Below, piece by piece: positions 29,690-39,858 of a stretch of 64,000 bases of DNA. A model generated the notes under the pieces. The model saw only the letters and a list, made by a program, of their open reading frames with translations, was not told where the DNA came from and searched no databases. The position numbers and the translations under genes are program-made. Source of the DNA: an uncultured Armatimonadetes bacterium (GTDB lineage Bacteria; Armatimonadota; Hebobacteria; Hebobacterales; Hebobacteraceae). Positions within the stretch are counted from its first letter, which is position 1; each line of letters begins with the position of its first letter. Location of the stretch: assembly GCA_963716175.1 (NCBI GenBank), contig OY970296.1, positions 3,296,001 to 3,360,000 on the forward strand. The letters run 5' to 3'.

Positions 29690-30865
29690 TCAGAAGATGA
29701 TCTTGTCTCTTCGCATGTGCACGTTCTGGAGCAGCCCGAAGGCGAGGAAGCTGACCAGCAGGTTACTCCCTCCGTAGCTGACAAAGGGCAGCGGGATGCC
29801 GGTGATCGGCACGATGTTGATGCTCATCCCGATGTTCACGATGGTGTGGAAGATCAGCAGCGAGACCGCGCCCCCTGCCAGCAGCGAGCCCACGGAATCT
29901 CGTGCCCGCAGCGCAATCCTCAGCCCGCGCCAGAACAGGAGAAGGTACAGCAGGAGCATGGCCAAGGCTCCCACCAGCCCCAGCTCCTCGCCCACGACCG
30001 AGAAGATGAAATCGGTGTGCCGCTCCGGGACGAAGCGGAGCCGGCTCTGAGTGCCGCGGAACAGACCCCGGCCCAGGAGCTCGCCGGAGCCGATGGCCAG
30101 ACGAGACTGGATGACGTGGTAGCCGGCCCCAAGTGGGTCCGACTGAGGCGACAGGAAGATGGTGAGGCGTCGCTTCTGATAGTCTCTCAGCCCCACGTGG
30201 GCAAGAGCCTTTGCCACCGGAGCCGGGCGCACCCGATCCAGGGGAAGGCGGTCCAGATTCCACATCAGGCCGAACAGCGCCAGCCCGCACGCAAACACCG
30301 CGCCCAGATGCCGCCCCTTCGCCCCCGCCAGGTAGAGCACGCTGAACCAGATGGTGATCAGCGCCAGCGCGGTGCCGAGGTCCGGCTGCAGCAGCACCAG
30401 CAGCACCGGCCCGCCCGCCAGCACCAGAGAGTATAGCACCAGGGGGAGCTCGCGCACGGCGTGGATGCGCCGGCCCAGCACGCCGGCGAGGGAGAGGATC
30501 AGCGCCACTTTGGCCAGCTCCGAGGGCTGCAGGTGGAAGCTGCCCAGGGCGAGCCACCGCGCCGCCCCAGTGGGAGCGTGGCCCATCGCTAGCACCCCCG
30601 CCAGCAGCGCCATCACGGCGCCGTAGAAAGGCAGATGCCAGCGCGCCAGCGCTTCGTATTCCCAGAGCAGCGTGATCGCGAACGCGCCCACCCCCACCAG
30701 CATCCAGATGATCTGTCTCTGCACGAACTGGCTCGGCGGCCCCAGCCCCGGCATCTCCGGTGCCCGCGTCGCCGAGTAGATCATCACCAGGCCGTAGAGG
30801 CAGAGCGCGATCACCGCCGCGAAGAGAGACCAGTCAACTCGTTTCAGCAGACGGAGGTCGAACAC
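29690..30865 (-). CDS. rodA: Rod shape-determining SEDS protein RodA
   Basis: QPSELAK, QPDLGT, YQKRR, QSRLAIGSG, PERHTDFIF, TGIPLPFVSYGGS. Confidence 0.95.
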   Translation of the reverse strand: MFDLRLLKRVDWSLFAAVIALCLYGLVMIYSATRAPEMPGLGPPSQFVQRQIIWMLVGVGAFAITLLWEYEALARWHLPFYGAVMALLAGVLAMGHAPTGAARWLALGSFHLQPSELAKVALILSLAGVLGRRIHAVRELPLVLYSLVLAGGPVLLVLLQPDLGTALALITIWFSVLYLAGAKGRHLGAVFACGLALFGLMWNLDRLPLDRVRPAPVAKALAHVGLRDYQKRRLTIFLSPQSDPLGAGYHVIQSRLAIGSGELLGRGLFRGTQSRLRFVPERHTDFIFSVVGEELGLVGALAMLLLYLLLFWRGLRIALRARDSVGSLLAGGAVSLLIFHTIVNIGMSINIVPITGIPLPFVSYGGSNLLVSFLAFGLLQNVHMRRDKIIF

Positions 30866-30911
30866 AGCCGGCCACCCTCAGACCGGCGGAGATTATAGCA
30901 CGCGGGGGAGG

Positions 30912-31517
30912 TCAGCGATTGTGAACGGAGCGTGCCAGCGAGGACGCGATCTCCGCGGCTACCTTCTCGTACTGTGTGATCAGCTTCTCGGTGAACCGCC
31001 CCGGTGTGCGGCTGTTCAACTGCAGCAGGCCCAGCGTGTGCTCTCCTGTCCGTAGCGGGATCAGCGTTACGGACTCATAGCCCACGGCGTTGCAGCAACC
31101 CCGGATGACGATCCCTCGCGCCCCGGGGGGGTCGTCTCGCAGCATGGCCGTGGTCCCGTTCGTCCAGAAGCTGCCAGCTTTGGTGAAGCAAGGCACTGAC
31201 GGGTCGGTCCGTCCCTGGATCACTGCTCCGCAGAGGCAGGCGAGCTGAGGCCTCCCATCTGCGCCTCGCAGCACTCGCCCCGCGATGTCCCGCTCGCAGA
31301 GCGGGCCCTCCATCACCACGAAGTCTCGCCCGAAACCTCGCGTCAGGTAATAGGGGTAGTCCTCCTCGGCCTTCCATCGGATGCCAACGGACTCACATCC
31401 CGATTGCTCGCTGATCAGGTTCAGCGCCTCCTCGAGGATGCCTCTCTGGTCCCGCCCTTCTGCCAGCCGCTCCACGATCGCTCGCACCTGCGCGACCAGC
31501 CCGGCCTTGCTTCTCAT
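30912..31517 (-). CDS. Stand-alone GAF-domain protein
   Basis: GYESVTLIPL...LGLLQLN...F GAF C-terminal pattern; Cys-rich insert. Confidence 0.7.
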   Translation of the reverse strand: MRSKAGLVAQVRAIVERLAEGRDQRGILEEALNLISEQSGCESVGIRWKAEEDYPYYLTRGFGRDFVVMEGPLCERDIAGRVLRGADGRPQLACLCGAVIQGRTDPSVPCFTKAGSFWTNGTTAMLRDDPPGARGIVIRGCCNAVGYESVTLIPLRTGEHTLGLLQLNSRTPGRFTEKLITQYEKVAAEIASSLARSVHNR

Positions 31518-31576
31518 GTCATATCTCCTGGCGCCCTGCCCGCTCTCGAGTCAGGCCTCGCGGGCCCTGCCGGTCG

Positions 31577-32086
31577 TCACTTTCCGCTCTTCCCCGACAA
31601 CTGGTCCAGGATAGTGATGACATCCTCGCTGTCATAGAACGAATCGGCGGCGTTGGGCTTCTTCTCGAGCGTCACCTTCTTACCACTGGGGAGGGTGAAC
31701 TCGGTCTTGCCATTGATGAAGATCACGGCGCAGGTGTAGCCCCGCCGCTGCATCTCGGTGTCGCAATCCGATCGCCCCATGGGCATGAGGGTGACATGGA
31801 TGCGATCGGGGTGAGCCTTGTCGTATTGGCGCAGCAGGCCGATGGTCCTCTGGTGCCACTCCAGCGTGAGCGGCGCATAGAGCTCAACCTTGATCGGCGC
31901 TGACTCCTGCCCGAAGGTGACGATCCGGTTGGAGCCCTCGGCAATCGCGCGCTGAGCCTCCGCAGGTCGTCTTGGCTTGGGCCGCAGGAGGATGAACCCC
32001 TCCGCGGCCAACGCCGCCAGCAGCACGACCACCACCACGATGAACAGCGCGCCGGACCGCCGCCGCGCCGGGCCAGCCTTGGTCAT
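31577..32086 (-). CDS. Membrane-anchored thioredoxin-fold-like hypothetical protein
   Basis: TM helix, FG..SAPIKVELY, CAVIFING; no CxxC. Confidence 0.55.
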   Translation of the reverse strand: MTKAGPARRRSGALFIVVVVVLLAALAAEGFILLRPKPRRPAEAQRAIAEGSNRIVTFGQESAPIKVELYAPLTLEWHQRTIGLLRQYDKAHPDRIHVTLMPMGRSDCDTEMQRRGYTCAVIFINGKTEFTLPSGKKVTLEKKPNAADSFYDSEDVITILDQLSGKSGK

Positions 32087-32907
32087 GGTTTCCTCTCCGG
32101 GGCCGGGAGCAAGCCGGTGCCAGCCAGTGCCTGGCGCGCTTGCTCGGAGGCCAGAAAATCAACGAACTTCTGGGACGGCTGTCGCTGGCTAGTGCCCTTT
32201 AGTATCCCAACCTGGAGCCGCACCGGCGGGTAAGACTCTCGCGGGAACTTGGCCACCACGCGCAGATCCGACTTGGAGGCCTTATCCGGCGCCGTCTCCA
32301 GGGGACAGGTGAGATAGGTGATGCCCGCGTCCACCTGGCCTTGGCTCACCAGCTTCACCGCCTCCAGCGGATACTCCCGCAGGCGAAGCTTGCTCTGGAG
32401 TGGATCCCAAAGTTTCAGCGACCGCAGCGCCTGCTCGCCATAGAAGCCAATGGAGTTGAACCTGGGGTCCCCCATGCTGATGTACTTGATGCCGGGCTTG
32501 GCGAGATCGGCCAGAGTCTCCAGACCCTTGGTCTTGCTGGGGGCGAACACCACGATATCGAGAGAGCCGAAATCCCGCACCGTGCCGGTGTCGATGTACC
32601 CCTCCTCCCCGAGCTGGCGCATCTCCAGCTCGCCGGGCGAGATGAAGACATCGGGCCGCTCTCCCTTGCGCACCCTCCGCACCAGCACATTGGCGTTATC
32701 GAATACCACCTCCAAGCGAATCTCCGGGTGGGCCTTGCGGAAGATGGCGGTGCCCACGTTCAGGGGCCCGGTCATCCCGCAGGGCGCGAACACCAGCACC
32801 GCGTTCGGCGCCGCCGCCTGCCGCTGCCGGGCGCGGCCAATCACCAGTCCGCCCACTGCCACCACCGCCGCCAGCAGCAGGATGATGCTGAACTGCGAAC
32901 GGCTCAT
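32083..32907 (-). CDS. ModA-like substrate-binding protein
   Basis: PDVFISPG, ISMGDP, G.YGEQAL, DAGITY, FVDFLAS. Confidence 0.8.
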   Translation of the reverse strand: MSRSQFSIILLLAAVVAVGGLVIGRARQRQAAAPNAVLVFAPCGMTGPLNVGTAIFRKAHPEIRLEVVFDNANVLVRRVRKGERPDVFISPGELEMRQLGEEGYIDTGTVRDFGSLDIVVFAPSKTKGLETLADLAKPGIKYISMGDPRFNSIGFYGEQALRSLKLWDPLQSKLRLREYPLEAVKLVSQGQVDAGITYLTCPLETAPDKASKSDLRVVAKFPRESYPPVRLQVGILKGTSQRQPSQKFVDFLASEQARQALAGTGLLPAPERKP

Positions 32908-33822
32908 ATCCCGGCCCGCTTCGCACCCATCGGGCTCACCTCTTGCTGGGGCCCCCAGGGCCCAGGGGTGAGCGGGAGATTGCGGTCATTGCGCATGCGG
33001 TTCTCAGCCATGAACTTGATGGTCTCCGGGGAGGTGAGGAAGGTGAGGAACTCCTCCGCGAGCGCCCGCTTCTTCGTCGTCTTCAAGATGCCGACGACAT
33101 TGCGTGGCACGTAGAAGGTGTCGCTGGGGAAGTTGCAGGCGAATAGCACCTTCTGCTTCTCCGCAGTCTCCGCCGTCTTGGGGTCCAGCGGGCAGCCCAG
33201 GAACTGTACGTTCGCCTGGGCCCGGCCGTCCAGGATCCACTTGAAGGAGGACATGCAGCAGCCGGTCACCTTCATCTTGGGCTTCAGCTTCTCCCACAGC
33301 CCCAGGTTCTCCAATGACTGTCGCGCGGCGTAGCAGGCCGCGTTCAAGTCCGGGTCGGAGATCGAGATTGCTTTCACCTCCGGGTTGAGCAAGTCCGCAA
33401 GCTTCTTGATCCCGGCCCGGGTTGGCCTTGGGCACCAGTATCGCCAGATCGTAGCTGCCAAAGGCCACCTGCGTCGTCCCGTCTATGAAGCCCTTCTGCC
33501 GGAGCACCTCGATTTCGTGTCCACCCGGAGACATGAAGATGTCTGGCTTGTCCGCGTTCTCTTGCACCGCTTGCACCATCGCCTCCGGGGTGTCCACCAG
33601 CATCGGGAACTCGACATTGGGGTGGCTGACCTGGAACTTCTCGATCGCCTTCGAAATCGGCAGAAACAGGCCCTGCGGCACCGCCAGGTAGAGGGTCTGC
33701 TTCTGGGAGGCCGCCTTGCCCTCGGCCCCGCCCGCGGCGGTCACCCCGCTCTGAGCGCGCCAGGCGAAGATCGCCCCCGCCGCCACCAGGACCACCAGCA
33801 CGATGATGATCACAGCTCTCAT
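32904..33822 (-). CDS. ModA-like substrate-binding protein (frameshift near 33420)
   Basis: N-half in ORF 33004..33822 (PDIFMSPG, LVPKANP), C-half in ORF 32904..33461 (ISISDP, FLTFLTS). Confidence 0.75.
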
Positions 33823-33851
33823 GTTCTGACCTCCGAGTCCTTACCCCAGCT

Positions 33852-34322
33852 TCATCCAGGTCCGGCCGCGCCGCCCCGCGCGGCCGCCTTCCCCAGCTCC
33901 TTCAGCATCACCTGATGGGGCACCGCCCCTCGCACCCGGCCAATCTCCTTGCCGCCGCTCTCCAGGAAGACCACCGTCGGGTAGCCGCTGACCTCGAGCT
34001 GCCGCTTCAGCTCCGGCTGCCTGTCCCCGTCCACTCGCACCGGCACGAAGGCGCTGCTGGCCGCGACCACGTCAGGGCGGGAGAGCACCTCCTCCTCCAG
34101 GCGCTTGCAGGCAGAACAGCCAACGGTTGATACCTCGACCATCAAGGGCTTGTTCTCCGCGCGCGCCCGGCCCATGGCTTGCTGGTAATCGCTCAGCCAC
34201 GCGATGTGTGGCGAGCCTGCGGCAGTCCCGCCCGGCTGGACAGTAGTTGCGGAGGGGCGGGTGCAGCCGAAGGCCAGAGCCGACAGGGCGGTTATCACCG
34301 CCCACTTCCCAACTCGCACCAT
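33852..34322 (-). CDS. Thioredoxin-family lipoprotein
   Basis: Lipobox AFGC, KPLMVEV..GCSACK, GYPT. Confidence 0.82.
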   Translation of the reverse strand: MVRVGKWAVITALSALAFGCTRPSATTVQPGGTAAGSPHIAWLSDYQQAMGRARAENKPLMVEVSTVGCSACKRLEEEVLSRPDVVAASSAFVPVRVDGDRQPELKRQLEVSGYPTVVFLESGGKEIGRVRGAVPHQVMLKELGKAAARGGAAGPG

Positions 34323-34523
34323 CGCTGTCCCGGCGCGGCTCACGGCCATCAACCTCAACCCCCTCGCCCGCTCCCGCGAGCGAGCCTCAGATATCATAGG
34401 GGACAAGTGTGAAACTTCTGTGTCAAATGCAGGGGGGTTGGCCGAACACGCCGCGGCCGCTTGCCACACCGCACGCCCGTTCCCTCCTGGGCGACCGCGC
34501 CCCCGGGCCGCGATCTTCTGCCG

Positions 34524-35084
34524 TCACTCCGGGGGTTTGCCTTCTCCCTTGCCAGGGGAGGCGGCAGGCTTCGCCTTCCCCTGAGAGGAGGCGGGCGCCT
34601 TCGTCTTCGCCACCGCGGCCGCGGGCAGCTTCTCGGTTCTCTTCAGGCTCAGCTCTTTGCCGCCCCGGCTTACCACCACGGTGATCGGCTTGCCCCCGGT
34701 CTGCAGCTCGTCAATCGCGGTGATGATAGCATCTCGAATCCCCTGCTTGGCGCCATTGCACTCCATGATCACATCGCCCGGCTTGACTCCGATCACCTCC
34801 AGAGGAGAGGAACCAGCAGATCCCTCGAAGCCATCCACCTTGAACCCGCGCGGCGATGAGCTCCGGCTGAATCGGATACCGAGCGCGCTGCTCTGCGACG
34901 TTCCCCCGCCGCCCCCTCCTCGCCTCATTGCCATGCCGCCCCCTCTGCCCGCTCCCCTGCGGGCCATCATGGGCGCCGTCTGGCGCGGCGGCTCCTGCAT
35001 GCGGCGGCTGAACACCATGGCCACCAATATCAGGGCTATGATCAACGCCAACACCGCGATGATCGGATGGACCCGCTTAGTCAT
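34524..35084 (-). CDS. Membrane-anchored PDZ-domain protein
   Basis: TM helix; LGI..SP...GVKPGDVI..NG..V.RGG. Confidence 0.72.
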   Translation of the reverse strand: MTKRVHPIIAVLALIIALILVAMVFSRRMQEPPRQTAPMMARRGAGRGGGMAMRRGGGGGGTSQSSALGIRFSRSSSPRGFKVDGFEGSAGSSPLEVIGVKPGDVIMECNGAKQGIRDAIITAIDELQTGGKPITVVVSRGGKELSLKRTEKLPAAAVAKTKAPASSQGKAKPAASPGKGEGKPPE

Positions 35085-35245
35085 GCCCCTGCTCCTCTCA
35101 GCTATAGCCGTATCGGCGCTCGGCATCAGTCGGGATTCGTGCTTCGGCTTCGGGAGGCAGATTCGCCGGTAGCCGCCAGGCCTCCTGCCCCGGACGGCAG
35201 GGGAGGAGAGTGAGAGCAGAGAAAACGCTCCCGGTCCTGGGGGTC

Positions 35246-36115
35246 ATGCTCGAACACGTCGAATGCCCGCGCTGTCACGCGCCCAATCTGAAGGCGGAGG
35301 TGATCTGCTTTGCCTGCGGCGCCTCCCTCCGCGCGCTCCCCAAGCACTTGCGGCCTGCGCTCGCGCCGGTGCCGTGGTTGCTCTGGGTGGGCCTGCTGCT
35401 GGGCCTGGTGGTGATCGGCTTCGTGGGCTGGCACATCGCGGGCTGGCTCGCCGGTTACCGGCTGCGCGGGGCGATGCCCTCGTGGTACTTCCCGGCCGCC
35501 GGGGCCGCTTTGCTGGTGGCCGGGCAAGTGGGCTTCGCGGAAGCGCGCCGCATTGATCGGAGATGGTGGGGCTTGAAGCGCGCCCCGCGGTTGCCTCTGG
35601 CCCAGGTCCACACCGGGGATAGTGTGTGGGTGCGGGGGAACCTGACCTGCGACTCTCCGCTGGTGGCCCCGTACACTGCCCAGGAGTGTGCTTACTACCG
35701 GTCCATCCTCCAGGAGCGGCCAGAGGATCGCGCCACCTGGCAGACCAAGGAGCGGGATAGCAACTCCGTGGACTTCAACGTGGAGGAGGGCGGCAGATCC
35801 ATCTACGTCCCGTCCGGCGGGGTGCTCTTCGACGCTGCCTTGTACGCCGAGAGCATGCTCGCGGATAACCTTCGGGTCAAGGTCTGGGCGCTGCCGGTGG
35901 GGCTGCCAGTCAGCGTCTGTGGGCAGGTGGCCGGCGAGAGCGACCATCCCAGGGCGGATGCCCTCGGCGAAGATCTCCCGGTCGTCGCCACCTGGCGGGA
36001 GCCCGCGGACTACGTGGCCCTCACCGCGCGGCGAGCCAGGCTGGCCCTGTGGGCCGGGTGGGCGTTCACGGCCCTCGGCGGCCTGGCCTTGATCGCGAGC
36101 GTCGCGCGAGTGTAG
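35246..36115 (+). CDS. Zinc-ribbon membrane protein with GIDE-like domain
   Basis: CPRC..CFACG, two TM helices, PLVAPYTAQECAYY, C-terminal TM. Confidence 0.6.
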   Translation: MLEHVECPRCHAPNLKAEVICFACGASLRALPKHLRPALAPVPWLLWVGLLLGLVVIGFVGWHIAGWLAGYRLRGAMPSWYFPAAGAALLVAGQVGFAEARRIDRRWWGLKRAPRLPLAQVHTGDSVWVRGNLTCDSPLVAPYTAQECAYYRSILQERPEDRATWQTKERDSNSVDFNVEEGGRSIYVPSGGVLFDAALYAESMLADNLRVKVWALPVGLPVSVCGQVAGESDHPRADALGEDLPVVATWREPADYVALTARRARLALWAGWAFTALGGLALIASVARV

Positions 36116-36170
36116 AGCTGGAGGGCGCGCGTGGGAGCCCCGTCCTCGGGCCGGTTCCGGCGACACGCGG

Positions 36171-36302
36171 CTAGAGCGCATTTCATAGCCTAACTGCTGG
36201 CTGGCCGCACCACGCGCTCGCATGAAATGCGCCTGCCACTGCCTGAGGTGGTGCAGTGCTGTTTCATAGCCTCCCCTGGGAAGGTTATGAAACAGCTTCC
36301 AA
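36171..36302 (+). mobile_element. Twin-palindrome element family A, copy 4
   Basis: Near-identical to 13959..14090; right end CCAA runs into the AAGGAG RBS of the next gene. Confidence 0.8.
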
Positions 36303-36313
36303 GGAGAACTGCG

Positions 36314-36697
36314 ATGCTCATCGAGTACGCGGGCGGCATGAAGCTGATCGCCCGCCACCGCGGCCTGGAGATGATCACCGACCAGGTCAAGGAGCAAGGC
36401 GGAGAAAACAGCGCCCTGACCCCGACCGAGGCTTTTGTGGCCGCGCTCGGGACCTGCGTCGGGGTCTACGTCCTGAACTTCGCCAAGCGGCACCACATCC
36501 CGGTCGAGGGGATGAAGATCGAGGTTGACTACACTTACGGCGAGAAGCCCCGCCGCATCGCCTCAGTACAGATTCGCGTGAAAATGCCCCAGCCGGTGAG
36601 CGAGCAATACCGGGTGGCGCTCCAGAGAGCGGCCGAGCAGTGCCTGGTGCACAACTCGCTGCGCCAGCCCCCGGAGGTCACGATCACGCTGAGCTAG
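36314..36697 (+). CDS. OsmC-family protein
   Basis: TDQ..GGE..TPTE..ALGTC..C.VHNSL. Confidence 0.88.
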   Translation: MLIEYAGGMKLIARHRGLEMITDQVKEQGGENSALTPTEAFVAALGTCVGVYVLNFAKRHHIPVEGMKIEVDYTYGEKPRRIASVQIRVKMPQPVSEQYRVALQRAAEQCLVHNSLRQPPEVTITLS

Positions 36698-36732
36698 CAG
36701 TAGGTAGCCGGCTGCGCCCCGGCCTTCTGCTG

Positions 36733-38121
36733 CTAGCTCCCTTTCGGATCGCAGGAGGCAAGCTCGGGGACAAACTGGCGGGCCAGCGCTTCCATCTCGG
36801 GATTCGACATGGGCGTGGTGCGGCCGGCGTCGTATTCCTTGGCGATGCATTCGGCGATCCGGGCAATCCCGGGATGGGATTTCTCGATCCCCTGCTCCGG
36901 CCCCAACTCGAAATAGGAGTTGATCCAGTGCGCGATCCCGGCCGTCCCGGAGGTATCGGTGATGGCCACCGCCACCGGGCGGTTGAGGAGCGCGTCGGTG
37001 TCGAAGATGTTGTAGATCTCCTCGTCCTTGAGCAGACCGTCGGCGTGGATGCCGGCGCGGGTGACGTTGAAGTCCTTGCCCACGAAGGGCTGGTTGGCTG
37101 GGATGGGGTGCCCGCACTCCCGCTGCATGTACTCGGCGATCTCGGTCAGCACCTGGGGCCGCATTCCGCTATCCGTCCCGCGCAGGCCCATGTACTCGAA
37201 CACCAGGCCCTCGATGGGGGCATTGCCGGTGCGCTCCCCGATGCCCAGCACCGTGCCGTTCGCGGCCGCGCAGCCATACAGCCAGGCGCTGGCCGCGTTC
37301 ACCAGCACCTTGTAGAAATCATTGTGCCCATGCCACTCCAGCCACTCGCTGGGCACCCCCGCGTGGTGCACCAGCCCGTAGACGATGCCCTGCACGCTCC
37401 GTGGCATGGAGGCTCCGGGGTAGGTCACCCCATAGCCCAGAGTGTCGCAGGCCCGCACCTTCACTGGCAACTTCGCCTGCTCGGCCAGCCGCATCAGCTC
37501 CTGCACGAAGGGCACCACGAACCCGTAGAAATCCGCCCGGGTGATGTCCTCCAGGTGGCAGCGCGGGGTCACGCCCGCCTCCAGCGCCGCCCGCACGATG
37601 CCAAGATAGTCATCCATCGCCTGGCGCCGGGTCTTGCGCAGCTTCAGGTAGATGTGGTAGTCCGACACCGAGGTCAGGATCCCCGTCTCCTGCAGCCCCA
37701 TCTGCCGCACCAGCTTGAAGTCCTCTTTGTGGGCGCGAATCCAGCCGGTGATCTCGGGATAGCGGAACCCCTGCTCCAGACAGGCCGCCACCGCCTTCTT
37801 GTGGTTGTTGGAGTAGAGGAAGAACTCGCAGGAGCGGATCACCCCGTTGGGGCCGCCCAGCCGATGGAGCATGGTGTACAGGTCCACGATCTGCTGCACC
37901 GTGAAGGGCGGACGCGACTGCTGTCCATCCCGGAAGGTGGTGTCCGTGATCCAGATCTCGTCCGGCGGCTCCATGGGCACATGCCGGTGGTTGAACGGGA
38001 TCTTCGGCGGCTGAATGTAGGGGAAGGTCTCGCGGAACAGGTTGGGCTGCGCGGTCTCCTGCAGCTCATAGTGGTAGGTCTCCTGCTCCAGGGTGTTGCG
38101 CCGTTTGTTGAACGAGATCAT
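36733..38121 (-). CDS. Re-citrate synthase-like DRE-TIM enzyme
   Basis: ITDTTFRDGQQ, CHLEDITRAD, EWHGHNDF, GERTGN, TRAGIHADG; N-terminus resembles clostridial Re-citrate synthase; no LeuA regulatory domain. Confidence 0.82.
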   Translation of the reverse strand: MISFNKRRNTLEQETYHYELQETAQPNLFRETFPYIQPPKIPFNHRHVPMEPPDEIWITDTTFRDGQQSRPPFTVQQIVDLYTMLHRLGGPNGVIRSCEFFLYSNNHKKAVAACLEQGFRYPEITGWIRAHKEDFKLVRQMGLQETGILTSVSDYHIYLKLRKTRRQAMDDYLGIVRAALEAGVTPRCHLEDITRADFYGFVVPFVQELMRLAEQAKLPVKVRACDTLGYGVTYPGASMPRSVQGIVYGLVHHAGVPSEWLEWHGHNDFYKVLVNAASAWLYGCAAANGTVLGIGERTGNAPIEGLVFEYMGLRGTDSGMRPQVLTEIAEYMQRECGHPIPANQPFVGKDFNVTRAGIHADGLLKDEEIYNIFDTDALLNRPVAVAITDTSGTAGIAHWINSYFELGPEQGIEKSHPGIARIAECIAKEYDAGRTTPMSNPEMEALARQFVPELASCDPKGS

Positions 38122-38212
38122 GGAATCCGCTCCTCGCGCGGCAACCAGGCCGCGACAGAAAGCTTACCTGAAACCAGCGGGTCCTGTCCAGAACCGGGGG
38201 CGGCGGGTGCGC

Positions 38213-38926
38213 TCAGTAGCGCGGCGCCTTGGCGGGCATGGGGAAAGCGACGGAGGCCTCCAACTGCTCGTCCTGCACCACGAGGCTGAGGCTGCTGACT
38301 TCCGGGCCAATCGGCGGGAATCCCGGGCTCCCCTGAATCGGGAAGTGCATATCATAGCCGTAGAGGGCCGAGGGCAGAGTATCGGGGGCATCCAGGGCCG
38401 TCGCCACATCTCGCAGGTAGACTGGCGCGTCTACCGAGAGGGGAGGATAGGACTGACCGCTGCTGGTCCGCATCAGGAAGCGGACGGAGCTGGGATCATA
38501 CCCCCTCTGGATCTGCAGCACGAGCGAGAACCCCACCTCCCGCTCCGCCTGTCTGCGCGCGTTGCGCGCCGCCCGATTCACCGCGTCGTCGCTGCGATCA
38601 TTCTGCTTGGCGATGGCGAAGGCGATCTCATCCTGAGGCCAGCAGCAGGCCGCTTCCCGGATGGTGACCTGGGGTGTCACCCGCAGCGGCTGCTGCAAGC
38701 TGAACCTGAAGGCCTTGTAGGGATCGCCTCCGACCAGGCTCCGCCCTCGCTCCACCGCCCGCTGGTAGTCCTCCTGCTCCAGGCGGAGCGCCGGGTTGAG
38801 TGCGTCCTGACTGCTGCAGCCGGGGCTCAGCAGCGCGGCCAGACCCAGGGCCAGCGCGGAACAACGCGACAGCCACCGCCCTGCCTGCCACCGGCCGCCC
38901 AACCTCCCGCCGCGCGACCAGCGCAC
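38213..38926 (-). CDS. Hypothetical lipoprotein
   Basis: LLSPGC lipobox-like signal; GGAGG RBS; lies between co-oriented genes. Confidence 0.6.
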   Translation of the reverse strand: MRWSRGGRLGGRWQAGRWLSRCSALALGLAALLSPGCSSQDALNPALRLEQEDYQRAVERGRSLVGGDPYKAFRFSLQQPLRVTPQVTIREAACCWPQDEIAFAIAKQNDRSDDAVNRAARNARRQAEREVGFSLVLQIQRGYDPSSVRFLMRTSSGQSYPPLSVDAPVYLRDVATALDAPDTLPSALYGYDMHFPIQGSPGFPPIGPEVSSLSLVVQDEQLEASVAFPMPAKAPRY

Positions 38927-39053
38927 TCCTAGCCTCCGTTCCCCTCAGCACGCCGTCCTCGCGCGATACTACCAAAGCCCGCCGCCGAAGTCAACGCGGC
39001 CGCGGCATTGCTTGCACCGGCAGAGCGCCTCCTGGCGCCATCCGGCTTCCGCG

Positions 39054-39797
39054 CTAGGCGGCGTACTTCGCCCCGAAGGGCCGGTGCGAGACCGGCGCCA
39101 CCCGCACGAATCCGTCCCCTAGCAGGTTCTCCAGATCGAAGTCGAAGGCCTCAGCGAAGGCCGCCAGGTGGGGCCGGAGGCGGGCCCGCTCGCTCTCCTG
39201 CGCCGGCGCCAGCGCCGCGAACTCGGTGGCGATCTGGTTTGGGTCCACCTCCCCCCGCAGGTAGATCTCCCCCCCGTGCATGCCGGTGGCGCACCAATCC
39301 CCGACCAGGGGCTCGCCCTTCCTGCGACCCAGCCCGAGCACGACCAGCAGGCCCCCGGCCATGTACTCCCCCAGGAAATCCCCGGCCACGCCACCGGCGA
39401 TCACCACCGGCCGGCGGTCGCGGAAGGCCTTCATGTGAATGCCCACCCGGTAGCCCACAGGGCCGCGCACGAACACCTCGCCCCCTCGCATTCCATATCC
39501 CAGCACATCGCCGGCGTGACCGTGGACGATGATGCGGCCCGCGTTCATGGTGTTGCCCACCCCGTCCTGGGCGTTACCATGCACCCGGATGGTGGGGCCG
39601 TCCATGAATGCCCCCAGGTCATTGCCCGGGACGCCGTGGATATCGAGGGTGATCTCGCCGCTGATCCCATCGGCCAGGTAACGCTGGCCATTCACATGCA
39701 CCAGCTCCAGCTTCTTCTCTCCCGCGGCCACCGCCTCGCGGATGCGCGCGTTGAGTTCCCGGTAGTGCATGTTCGCTGCGTCTATCCGCACTGCCAT
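39054..39797 (-). CDS. Glutamate synthase GXGXG-domain subunit (GltB3-like)
   Basis: GNDLGAFMDG, GNTMNAG, GYGMRGG, GEYMAGG beta-helix repeats. Confidence 0.88.
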   Translation of the reverse strand: MAVRIDAANMHYRELNARIREAVAAGEKKLELVHVNGQRYLADGISGEITLDIHGVPGNDLGAFMDGPTIRVHGNAQDGVGNTMNAGRIIVHGHAGDVLGYGMRGGEVFVRGPVGYRVGIHMKAFRDRRPVVIAGGVAGDFLGEYMAGGLLVVLGLGRRKGEPLVGDWCATGMHGGEIYLRGEVDPNQIATEFAALAPAQESERARLRPHLAAFAEAFDFDLENLLGDGFVRVAPVSHRPFGAKYAA

Positions 39798-39858
39798 GCT
39801 CTCCCGTCCCTTCCGCAAGCGATGGGACACAGGCTGGGAGCCTGTGCCACCCGGCTGG

